From Eubacteriales bacterium (GTDB lineage Bacteria; Bacillota; Clostridia; Oscillospirales; CAG-272): 64,000 bases of DNA. Shown piece by piece: positions 39,396 through 48,322 of the stretch (position 1 is the first letter of the stretch; each line of letters starts with the position of its first letter). The position numbers and the translations under genes were made by a program. The notes beneath the pieces are model-generated. The model had not been told where the DNA came from and ran no database searches. It saw only the letters and a program-made list of their open reading frames with translations. The DNA lies in assembly GCA_045588085.1 (NCBI GenBank), contig JAZNDN010000026.1, positions 2,646 to 66,645 on the forward strand. The letters run 5' to 3'.

Positions 39396-40925
39396 ATGAG
39401 TAAATTAAAATCAGTGCTTGGAGTGCTGCGAAAGAAGGAAGAGAGAATTTCCTCAGCGCTCATTACGGCAATAGTTTTGGGTCTTGCCGTCGCGCTAAAC
39501 GTTATAGTCTTTGTCCTTGGCTCGTATTTTGGCTGGTATCTTTTCACGCCTCCCGCGCAGGATTTCACCATATCGGATTCTACCGAAGAGTATTTTGCCG
39601 ATGCCATAGAAGAGGGCAAAAAGGTAAAAATCATGTTCTGCCGAGCAAAAGACGAAATAGAAACCAACAATGCGGGCAGATACGTTATGCAAACCGCGCT
39701 TCAGTTTGAGGAGAAATATCCCGATTTCATCGAGGTTGATTTTCTTAATATAGTCACCAGAAAAAACTCAAAGGGCGAGTACGTGGACCTTTCAAAGTAT
39801 CAGATGGAAAATGACGAGGGTCAGAAGAGCAATCTTTTGAAATCCTCCGTAATTTTCGAATGCGGAGATAACGTAAAGGTTGTCGTCGATGCAAAATCCT
39901 CCACCGGTTATGCCGATTTCTTCACCGTTGATACGGCAGGAAGCGCGCATTCATATAACGGTGAGGAGGTTATTGCCTCTATGGTTATGTGGGTGCTCCA
40001 TAGCGAGCATAAGACCGCTTATTTCACCACGCGTCACGGAGAGACCGCTGACGTCGGATTCAGAACCATGCTGAGTAATGCGGGTTACAACGTCGAGCTT
40101 ATCGACTTGAAAACCGATGAAATCAGGACTCTTCCCGAGGATTCCTTGGTGGTTATCTCAAATCCCAGAAAGGATTTTGAGGAGGGCTCGAACGTAAGAG
40201 CGGAAATTGAAAAGCTTGAGGAGTTTATGAAAAGCGGAGGCAACGTGTACGTTGCTCTTGACCCGTACGCCGATGAGCTGCCCGCGCTTGAGAGCTTCGT
40301 GGCAGAGTTCGGAATAAGCATTTCAACCGTCAAGCAGGACGGACAGACTCTCAGAAATATAGTCAGGGACAGCAATAATGCAATAACCTCGGATTTCTAT
40401 ACCCTGGTTGCAGACAATGCGGATAATGCCATATCAAAGGCTATTCTCGAAAAAACCGAAAAATATAACGATGCTAAGGTTATCGTAAGAGAAAGTGCCG
40501 TTCTTGAGCTTGACAGCGAGCTTGGGGCAGTCTCTCTCCTTTCATCCTCATCAACCTCGGCACTCTACGCCGGCGGTAAAAAAACCGACTCGGCAGGCGA
40601 ATACTGCGTGGCAGCCATGTCTACCTATGAAAGCAAGGGCGGAAAAGTAGGCTCTATGGTTGTTGTTCCCGGCGTTTATCTTACCGCTACCGACGTTCTC
40701 ACCTCAGGCGGATATTCAAACAGAGAGTTCGTATATGCGCTTTTGGAGGAGGTTTACGGTGTGGAAAATCTGCCTTACGGCTGTAAAACGGTGTACTACA
40801 CCGAGGACGTGCTCGAAAATCTTACGATGGGCACCGCCAGGGCTTATGCCGTTGCTCTGTTCGCCATTCCCGCGGCGATTGCTTGCGTGGGCGCAGTCGT
40901 GATAATAAAGAGAAAGAATCGCTGA
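39396..40925 (+). CDS. GldG-like ABC-transport auxiliary protein (N- and C-terminal TM anchors)
   Basis: 509 aa with TM helices at both ends. The post-anchor block DFTISDSTEEYFADAIEEGKKVKIMF matches the 'D.T....ytLs..t...l..l...v.i..f' start of the ABC_transp_aux/GldG family (from memory). Confidence 0.7.
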   Translation: MSKLKSVLGVLRKKEERISSALITAIVLGLAVALNVIVFVLGSYFGWYLFTPPAQDFTISDSTEEYFADAIEEGKKVKIMFCRAKDEIETNNAGRYVMQTALQFEEKYPDFIEVDFLNIVTRKNSKGEYVDLSKYQMENDEGQKSNLLKSSVIFECGDNVKVVVDAKSSTGYADFFTVDTAGSAHSYNGEEVIASMVMWVLHSEHKTAYFTTRHGETADVGFRTMLSNAGYNVELIDLKTDEIRTLPEDSLVVISNPRKDFEEGSNVRAEIEKLEEFMKSGGNVYVALDPYADELPALESFVAEFGISISTVKQDGQTLRNIVRDSNNAITSDFYTLVADNADNAISKAILEKTEKYNDAKVIVRESAVLELDSELGAVSLLSSSSTSALYAGGKKTDSAGEYCVAAMSTYESKGGKVGSMVVVPGVYLTATDVLTSGGYSNREFVYALLEEVYGVENLPYGCKTVYYTEDVLENLTMGTARAYAVALFAIPAAIACVGAVVIIKRKNR

Positions 40926-40953
40926 CGAAAAATAAAAAACAAGTGGTAAATAT

Positions 40954-42696
40954 ATGAAAAGTAAACTGTTTTCGGGTAAAAGCACCCGAACCAAAATATT
41001 CACTTTGATTACGCTTCTCGGTATAGTGCTTATTCTGGCGTTGAACCTTTTTGCATACGGCTTCAGCGTGTTTAGCACGGGATACGTGGACATGACTCCC
41101 GAGGGACTTTACACCCTCAGACCCCAAATGTCAGACTTTTGCCGCAGTATATTCGTAAACGAGGACGGAAGCCTCAAGGAGCAGGGGATAAAGATGACCT
41201 TCTGCGACGACCCGGACAATCTCATAGACGACACTATAACCAGATCGGTATACTTCATGGCGCTGGCAATATCGCAGGAATATGAGAATTTTGAGGTAGA
41301 AACGGTTAATATCAAGTATAACCCTACCGCCGTTTCTATGTATAAAACGACCTCGCTTACCGAGATTACCTCAAAGGACGTTATAATTTCCTACGGCTCA
41401 AGATACAGAATAACCGGCGCGGACACGTTCTGGAGAATCCTTGAGGATAATACTGTATATTCCTATGACGGTGAGTATAAGCTTGCCTCTATTATGATGT
41501 CGCTGACCGCTATAAATAAGCCGAGCGCGTATTTCATAACCGACCACGGCACAAGTTACTACGACCCCAAAAAGCCGAACTCGGCAATGAGCGCGGAAAA
41601 CGGATATTTTGCGGACCTCCTCTCCGAAAAGGGCTTCGAGATAAAGAATCTCAGCCTTGCGGATATAATTGAGGAAGCCGAGGAAAACGGAAAGACTCCC
41701 GAAATCCCCGACGATTGCCTTCTTCTCATACTTAATAATCCCCGCGAGGATTTCACGTCGAAAAAGGACGCTTATTCCGACTTTTCATTCGTATCCGAGC
41801 TTGAGATGCTCGATAGATACATTACCGAGGGAAAAGGCTCGCTTATGGTTGCCAAGGATTACCGCTGCGAGCTTCCCGAGCTTGAGGACTTCCTTGCCGA
41901 GTGGGGATTTGATTTCAGCAATACTCTCGTTAAGGACGAGAAAAACTGTATAATTACCGACGGTACCGAGCTGGGTACCAATATCGTCGGAGTTTACGAT
42001 ACTGACGAGAGCAGCTATGCCAACGGTATTTACAGCGAGTACGCGGCACTTACAACGGCTCCGAGTATGCTTATCACCGATACCGGACATATAACGTGCT
42101 CCTACGACGACGCTACTGCTGTGACCGAATCCGGAACTCACAGTGTGAGCAGAATTTTCGTTCCGTTCATATATTCATCCGACGGAGCGTGGGATTATGC
42201 AAAGGATTCCGATACCGAAAAGTATATCCGTCCCGCTTCGGACAGAGCTCAGAAGCGTACTCTTGCAGCTCTTACTACCAGAAAGACGCTGGATTCGGTA
42301 ACCGGCGATTCGACGTATTCGTATATTTTCGCTGCGGCTTCTGCCGAGTTCTTCTCCGGAGAGCTTCTCGGTAACGCCTCCTATGCAAATTATGACGTAA
42401 CTGCGGCGCTTATTCAGGATATCACAAGGCTTGATACCTATGCGGATATGTCGCTTGGCGGTGTTTCGGCAAATAACTATACCGGCTTTGGCGGAAAGCC
42501 CTTGGTTCAGGTTTCGATGACCGAGGAAAACCGAGACGTTTACCGTCACCTTGAGGACGGAAAAACCGAGCTTATCAGAACCGTTTACGGTCTGCATAGC
42601 AATATGAAAATCGTTTATACCGTGATTATTGCCGTAATTCCTCTTGCCTGCGCTGCGGTCGGAATCGTCGTGTGCATAAAGCGTAAGTATAAGTAA
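40954..42696 (+). CDS. Second GldG-like auxiliary protein (paralogue)
   Basis: 580 aa with the same architecture: N-terminal TM, YVDMTPEGLYTLRPQMSDFCRSI...IKMTF, and a C-terminal TM (IVYTVIIAVIPLACAAVGIVVCI). Confidence 0.7.
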   Translation: MKSKLFSGKSTRTKIFTLITLLGIVLILALNLFAYGFSVFSTGYVDMTPEGLYTLRPQMSDFCRSIFVNEDGSLKEQGIKMTFCDDPDNLIDDTITRSVYFMALAISQEYENFEVETVNIKYNPTAVSMYKTTSLTEITSKDVIISYGSRYRITGADTFWRILEDNTVYSYDGEYKLASIMMSLTAINKPSAYFITDHGTSYYDPKKPNSAMSAENGYFADLLSEKGFEIKNLSLADIIEEAEENGKTPEIPDDCLLLILNNPREDFTSKKDAYSDFSFVSELEMLDRYITEGKGSLMVAKDYRCELPELEDFLAEWGFDFSNTLVKDEKNCIITDGTELGTNIVGVYDTDESSYANGIYSEYAALTTAPSMLITDTGHITCSYDDATAVTESGTHSVSRIFVPFIYSSDGAWDYAKDSDTEKYIRPASDRAQKRTLAALTTRKTLDSVTGDSTYSYIFAAASAEFFSGELLGNASYANYDVTAALIQDITRLDTYADMSLGGVSANNYTGFGGKPLVQVSMTEENRDVYRHLEDGKTELIRTVYGLHSNMKIVYTVIIAVIPLACAAVGIVVCIKRKYK

Positions 42697-42713
42697 AGGA
42701 GGGCTTGATTTTT

Positions 42714-45632
42714 ATGAAGATTGTAAGAAAAAAGAAGAAAAAAGCACTCCTGATTTTGATTCTGGCAGTATCCCTCGTGCTTCTAACCGTGGGTGCGGTG
42801 CTTCTCAACACTTTTTTGAAAAAAGACCCAGAGACACCTAAGCCGGAGCCACCCGAAATTATAGAGGGCGAGGCAATACGTAACAATTCCGCAATTGCAT
42901 ATCCGTATATTGATGAAAAGGATATAACGACGATAAGCGTTGTCGGAAAGGACAACACATATTCGCTTGCAAGACAGGAGTTCAAAAATGACGACGGGAA
43001 AACCACGTACGGCGATTTCGTCTTGTTTTACTACGATGCAAACGGTGAATTGCGCGAATACAGACCGCCAATTCTTGATGCCGACCCAACGGTTAGCTAC
43101 GGAGATATATACGCCATAGAAGCCAATGACAGCTTTGGCATTATTCCCAAGCTATCCTATCTTTGCTCTGCTCTCGGAACGCCTTATTTCAAGGAAAGAA
43201 TAGCGATTCCCGAGGATGAAGATGAAAAGAATGAAATGTACCGCCGCTTCGGTCTTGACCAGAAAAACGGAGTATATGTGTATTTTGAGTATATAGACGA
43301 GGACGGAGAGCTTCAGAATCGTACCGTTATAATCGGAGCCCCTATGATTACCGGTGTCGGCCATTACTTCAGGGTCGAGGGAAGACCCTACGTGTACTCG
43401 GTTGAAATCAACAACTACTACGATTACGCATTAGCCGATTTTACCTCCTTTATCAAGCCGGTTATTACCGCTGCGGGACTGAAAATGGACGGAGCATTCG
43501 AGCCGTACCTTACCACAGGCTTCGGACAGTGGAAGAACGTTTTGTATGAAAATACAGTGACGGATAAAACCGAAGGCTTTGATACCGTTGCGGAGGGCGC
43601 CACCGTTACTGTAACAGCAGCAACTCTGACACCGTCAGGGGTTGAGGGACATATAGACGGCTATCTTAAAGGCAAGTTCATAGACGAGAGCTTCGACCTT
43701 ACCAAGACCGACGGTGACGACCTTTATAAGTATAGCATTGCGGCGCTAGAGGGCATGCCGCTTGACGAGCTTGACAGCAATATATTTATCAGCGGCCTGG
43801 ATTATATCAATGCAAAGCTCATTGATGCCGATGCGATTTCCGACGGAGTAGTCTATGAGTACACGGTAACCGCCATAGAATCGGTTATAACCGAGAGCGG
43901 TGAAATCGCGGCAATCGGTACGGCTGTCGGTGACGAAAAATACGTAAAGGTTAAATATACCGTTAAAATAGACGGCAAATCCACCTCGGACGTACCGCAG
44001 CACGCAGTTATAAATCTTGACGACGGACTCGTTGGCGACACCGCTGAGGAACAGATAAGAGCCGCCACGGTAGGAGAGCTTTCCTCTCCCATAGTTTTCG
44101 AGGTTGAGTACACAGAGGAAAACTGTGTAAAGCGCAATATGCTTATCACCGAGATAATTACCATTCGCGATAAGAACGATAAAACGCTTAAGATTGCAGA
44201 GCCCGGCTCGACGGTTATGTACCGCTTCCGCTACGTAGTAAACGGTGTTATGCTGGATAAATACGGAACGGGTACGGTTGTTATAAGCGACGAAAACGAG
44301 GGACAGGATGCCGAGATATCCGATGCCCTTGAAGGAAAGAAGCAGGCAAAGGAGCTCAATATCGAGATATCCGACGGAAGCTACGAGCTTATGCACGCAT
44401 TCGTTGCCTACGAGATTTCCGCGATTAAGTATTTTACCCTGAGTGAGAATATCGTTTCATTCAGATTCCAGCAGGCATCGGCCAGAGACCCCTACTACGG
44501 TGAATCTCTTTATGAGAATACCATGGAGGGCAAGTATCAGATGTATGCTCTTAATGCTACTGCATGCGAGTCTGTCGTTAAGATGCTTGGCGGAATAGGC
44601 GAGGATAGCTCTGCGTCAACCGGAATGACGGGACTTGAAACCGTTGCCATTGGCTTGACGCCGAAAAATATGTATGATTACGATTTGTACGATTACACCG
44701 TGTATTTCGAGCTTCCGCGAGGCATAACAGCCGTGAATAACGATTCTGCCGACAGCGACGCGCTTGACGATTACACCTATTACAGTACTCTTGGCTTCAC
44801 GCTTTACGTCAGCGAGGTTAAGGTGGAAAAGGGCGTCAGATACAGATACGTCGGCTCGGATATGTACGACGTTGTAGCCAAGGTTCCCGCAGACGATTTT
44901 CTGTTCCTTGAGTACGGATTTGCAGATTTTTACGCGAGAAGAAATCTTATGCTTACTAATATATCGAATATTGCCAACATTAAGTTCGACTTTTTGATGG
45001 AAGATATAAAAGGAAGCTACAACAACGAGCTAATCCATCAGAATCTGTATACTTACAACGGTGCCGTGTATCACAAATCCGAGCTTAACGAGTCTCAGCT
45101 CAGTCAGGCAACCCAGTACGACGCTATTACCGTAAGCATTACTCAAAAGGGCGATTGTACCGAAACCGCGTTTTCCAAATATCTGGACGCAAAGGGACGC
45201 AATACCGCCAGTCTTTACGAATTCTTTGACAAAAAGACGGATAAATTTGACCAGCTCGGAACCGCTGTGTTCAAGGAGCTGACGGAGATGATATTCTACA
45301 CATATTACGAGGGATACATTTCTGAGGACGATACGAGATATTCCTGGAAAGACGGAGTGCACCTTATGACGATGAGCGTCACTCTTTGCGACGAGAGGGA
45401 GAGCGATAAGTTCGAGATTTATTCGCCGTACGACTACGTGTATGAGTTTTACCGTGTGTCCGACAGACGCGTCGTGGTAAGACTTTATCAGCAAAACCGT
45501 GTAACAGGTGAGGTTGTGAACGAGGTTTCCGATTTCTATTTATCCACATTTGCCTTCAAAAAGATAGTGAACGGATATATCGGAATACTCAACAAGGAGC
45601 GTATTGACAACGATATCCCCTACTCACAGTAG
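42714..45632 (+). CDS. Large N-terminally anchored extracytoplasmic protein, possibly DUF4340-like (the usual partner of GldG-type ABC systems)
   Basis: The RBS aaaggaggg lies 10 nt before the ATG at 42714 (the ORF track starts at the TTG at 42705). MKIVRKKKKKALLILILAVSLVLLTVGAVLL is a signal anchor. The beta-rich body begins DITTISVVGKDNTYSLARQE. The family assignment comes from gene order and weak motif recall only. Confidence 0.55.
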   Translation: MKIVRKKKKKALLILILAVSLVLLTVGAVLLNTFLKKDPETPKPEPPEIIEGEAIRNNSAIAYPYIDEKDITTISVVGKDNTYSLARQEFKNDDGKTTYGDFVLFYYDANGELREYRPPILDADPTVSYGDIYAIEANDSFGIIPKLSYLCSALGTPYFKERIAIPEDEDEKNEMYRRFGLDQKNGVYVYFEYIDEDGELQNRTVIIGAPMITGVGHYFRVEGRPYVYSVEINNYYDYALADFTSFIKPVITAAGLKMDGAFEPYLTTGFGQWKNVLYENTVTDKTEGFDTVAEGATVTVTAATLTPSGVEGHIDGYLKGKFIDESFDLTKTDGDDLYKYSIAALEGMPLDELDSNIFISGLDYINAKLIDADAISDGVVYEYTVTAIESVITESGEIAAIGTAVGDEKYVKVKYTVKIDGKSTSDVPQHAVINLDDGLVGDTAEEQIRAATVGELSSPIVFEVEYTEENCVKRNMLITEIITIRDKNDKTLKIAEPGSTVMYRFRYVVNGVMLDKYGTGTVVISDENEGQDAEISDALEGKKQAKELNIEISDGSYELMHAFVAYEISAIKYFTLSENIVSFRFQQASARDPYYGESLYENTMEGKYQMYALNATACESVVKMLGGIGEDSSASTGMTGLETVAIGLTPKNMYDYDLYDYTVYFELPRGITAVNNDSADSDALDDYTYYSTLGFTLYVSEVKVEKGVRYRYVGSDMYDVVAKVPADDFLFLEYGFADFYARRNLMLTNISNIANIKFDFLMEDIKGSYNNELIHQNLYTYNGAVYHKSELNESQLSQATQYDAITVSITQKGDCTETAFSKYLDAKGRNTASLYEFFDKKTDKFDQLGTAVFKELTEMIFYTYYEGYISEDDTRYSWKDGVHLMTMSVTLCDERESDKFEIYSPYDYVYEFYRVSDRRVVVRLYQQNRVTGEVVNEVSDFYLSTFAFKKIVNGYIGILNKERIDNDIPYSQ

Positions 45633-45722
45633 TGATTAGTGACGGGGCGTGTCGAGTTTTGCGGAAAAACCGGAAAAAATCTCCTGAAATTTACTGTTTT
45701 TATATATTTTTTTAAAAAACAT

Positions 45723-45751
45723 TTGCATTTTTGCCTTTTATATGCTATAAT
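45723..45751 (+). promoter_or_regulatory. Predicted sigma-A promoter of the 620-aa lipoprotein gene
   Basis: TTGCAT (45723-45728), a 17-nt spacer, then TATAAT (45746-45751) with an extended -10 TG (atGcTATAAT). Confidence 0.65.
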
Positions 45752-45824
45752 TATCTGTGCATTAATTTAAAGAGGTATTTTCCTCTAAACAAAATCAGTT
45801 AAGATATCAGAAAGTGAAAAGAAC

Positions 45825-47687
45825 ATGAAGAGAAGAATTATCGGAATGCTTCTTGTTGTGGTTATGCTCGTTTCCGCTCTCGTCAGCTGCGGATACAGCT
45901 ACTCCAAGGAAGACGTTTCAAAGTACGTGAAATTCGAGAAGAAGGCCTTTAGCGACTTTATAGCGGAAATAGAAATCGTAGACGGTGACTTCACCGCAGA
46001 CGAGGAAACCCGCGAGAAGAAGGTATGGGATTCCATTTATACCTCACTCGCAACCTTTAGCGACGGAGAGAAGAAGACTGAAGGCGCAGCCGGTGCTCAC
46101 GACGTTATTTTCTACTGCTATTATGCAACTCTCACAGAGGGCGGAGAAGGCGGAAAAACCCACGTGTTCTTTGCTGACCAGATGAGCCAGAGTGCAGCAG
46201 ATAAGAATAAGTTCCAGCTCGGGCTTTCCACTACAGAGGACCTCAACAAGCTTATAGAGGAAAAAATCGGAGAGTTTAATTTCACCGATAGTGCATATTC
46301 CACCAAGACCGCAGGCAAGTCTGCAAAGGACGACGTAGCTTATATCTCCTACACCGTTACTCCCAAGGCTGCAGAGGGTGAAGAAGCGAAGCCTGTCAGC
46401 TACAAGTACGAGAAGGTGATTCTCGGCGCCGAGGATAACGCTCTTGCAAAGGTGCTTGCAGGCGCAAATATAGGCGAGGCCTTCAAGTATAAGGCTGAGG
46501 GTGAGGAAGAGGCAAAGGCTGAGTTTGTGCTTGGCGACAAGACTTACTCCAACGTAAAAATTAACTGGGTAGTTGAGGGCGGCGAGCCTATCACCGTTAA
46601 GTATACTCCTTACGATTCCGACACCTCTAAAGACGACGTTTCCGGTACCTCCGTGCAGCTTGAAGACAAGGAGCTTACCTACTACGTATATCCCGTTTAC
46701 TACAACGAGGTTGCGGATTACTCGGGTGATGAGGTTCTTAAGAATCTTATCAGCAGCATAACCGTTGACAGCCTTCCCTCATTCAAGGACAAGGAAGAAG
46801 GAATAAAGGCATTGAACGACCTTAAGACTGCTCTTAAAACTGCAGAAACCGAGCTTGAGACTGCAGAAAAGGCTGTAACCGATGCGCAGAACACTCTTAA
46901 GGACGTTCAGAAGGAAGACCCCTCCGACGCAGAGCAGGAGTCTATTGACGCAGCAGAGGAAATTCTTGAAGAGAAAGAAAAAGCTCGCGACCAGAGAATA
47001 AAGGACAGAGATGCCGCACAGAAAAATCTTAATGACGGTATTGAGGACTTCTATGAGGACGTTGCAAGCAAGAAAACCGTAGAAGAAGAATATGAAGAGA
47101 GCGTTTACGACGGGCTCCTTGAAAAGTATCACACCGATATAAAGGAAAAGCTTGCCAAGGCAATCTGGGAAGAAATGCTCATAATTGCCGATATGTCAAA
47201 TCATCCCTCTGACAAGGCAATCAAGCCTGTTTACGATATGATGATGGAGGCGCTTGAATACGACTTCTATGAGGGCAAGAACTCTGCCGGCCAGAGCAAT
47301 TACAGCGTTTACGGCAGCTTTGCAAGATACCTTAATGCAAAGAAGATTGACAATCCCGACGGAAACGTACAAGACGCTAAGGATAAGGTTTGGGGTGAGG
47401 CAGAGCAGTACGTATACGAAATATTCGTAGTATACTACGTTGCAGAGCTTTACGGTCAGAAGATAACCAAGGAAGATATGGAAGCATATAAGCAGGAGCT
47501 GGATGACCAGTATTCCGGATACTATGAAGATATGGTTGAGTATTACGGCAAGGGCAACGTAGAGGCTTCTGTTCAGTTTGACAAGCTTATGGACTACCTT
47601 CTCGATTGGGAAACCGATGACGACGAGGTCGTATATAAAGACGGCAAAATCAAATTCAAGAACATAGGCTACAAGATAGCTGAATAA
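45825..47687 (+). CDS. Lipoprotein, distantly trigger-factor/FKBP-like (degenerate PPIase region, Glu/Lys/Tyr-rich helical C-terminal half)
   Basis: Signal peptide plus lipobox MKRRIIGMLLVVVMLVSALVSC. The overall layout parallels the 580-aa ORF at 48323 (see findings). Confidence 0.7.
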   Translation: MKRRIIGMLLVVVMLVSALVSCGYSYSKEDVSKYVKFEKKAFSDFIAEIEIVDGDFTADEETREKKVWDSIYTSLATFSDGEKKTEGAAGAHDVIFYCYYATLTEGGEGGKTHVFFADQMSQSAADKNKFQLGLSTTEDLNKLIEEKIGEFNFTDSAYSTKTAGKSAKDDVAYISYTVTPKAAEGEEAKPVSYKYEKVILGAEDNALAKVLAGANIGEAFKYKAEGEEEAKAEFVLGDKTYSNVKINWVVEGGEPITVKYTPYDSDTSKDDVSGTSVQLEDKELTYYVYPVYYNEVADYSGDEVLKNLISSITVDSLPSFKDKEEGIKALNDLKTALKTAETELETAEKAVTDAQNTLKDVQKEDPSDAEQESIDAAEEILEEKEKARDQRIKDRDAAQKNLNDGIEDFYEDVASKKTVEEEYEESVYDGLLEKYHTDIKEKLAKAIWEEMLIIADMSNHPSDKAIKPVYDMMMEALEYDFYEGKNSAGQSNYSVYGSFARYLNAKKIDNPDGNVQDAKDKVWGEAEQYVYEIFVVYYVAELYGQKITKEDMEAYKQELDDQYSGYYEDMVEYYGKGNVEASVQFDKLMDYLLDWETDDDEVVYKDGKIKFKNIGYKIAE

Positions 47688-47715
47688 TATTATTCTCGCA
47701 AGAGAACTGCAATCG

Positions 47716-47754
47716 GGAGCCTGCCCTGCAAATTTATGCAAGGGGGCTCCTTTT
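47716..47754 (+). terminator. Intrinsic terminator after the lipoprotein gene
   Basis: ggagcctgccctgca-aattta-tgcaagggggctcc is a long imperfect hairpin followed by tttt. It overlaps the ORF-track start (47736) of the rnhA ORF, which argues for the later ATG. Confidence 0.6.
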
Positions 47755-47846
47755 GCCTAGTAAGAGCCTGTAATACGGCGAAAACCTTGAGAAAAGGGCG
47801 GTTTGCGAAAGCACGTAGCATATTCGTTAAAATCGCGTATGAATTA

Positions 47847-48284
47847 ATGAAACAGGTAAAGCTTTATACCGACGGTGCCTGCCGGGGAAATCCCGGTGTC
47901 GGAGGCTGGGGTGCGATATTGGTTTACGGAGAGTACGAAAAAGAGCTTTCCGGAGGAGAGAGAGAAACGACGAATAACAGAATGGAGCTTACCGCTGCTA
48001 TCGAGGGGCTTGCCGCTCTTAAAGAGCAGTGCGAGGTTATTCTTTATTCCGATTCCAAATATCTGACAGACGCCTACCTTGAGGGCTGGATATATAACTG
48101 GGAAAAGCAGGGCTGGAGAGGCGGAAAGGTGAAAAATCCTGACCTGTGGCAAAGGCTGCTCTCGCTCACGAAATATCACAGAGTCAGCTTTGTGTGGGTT
48201 AAAGGGCATAACGGATTTGAGTATAATGAGCGATGCGACAGGCTTGCAACGGCTTATGCCGACTCGCTTCTTGAAAATAAATAG
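47847..48284 (+). CDS. rnhA: Ribonuclease HI
   Basis: [22 protein letters not shown]..., [13 protein letters not shown] and [14 protein letters not shown] match the RNase H type-1 DEDD catalytic blocks. The start is placed at the ATG at 47847. Confidence 0.88.
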   Translation: MKQVKLYTDGACRGNPGVGGWGAILVYGEYEKELSGGERETTNNRMELTAAIEGLAALKEQCEVILYSDSKYLTDAYLEGWIYNWEKQGWRGGKVKNPDLWQRLLSLTKYHRVSFVWVKGHNGFEYNERCDRLATAYADSLLENK

Positions 48285-48322
48285 AATAACCGAGCTGCAA
48301 GGCTCGGTCAGGTAATTGAAAT

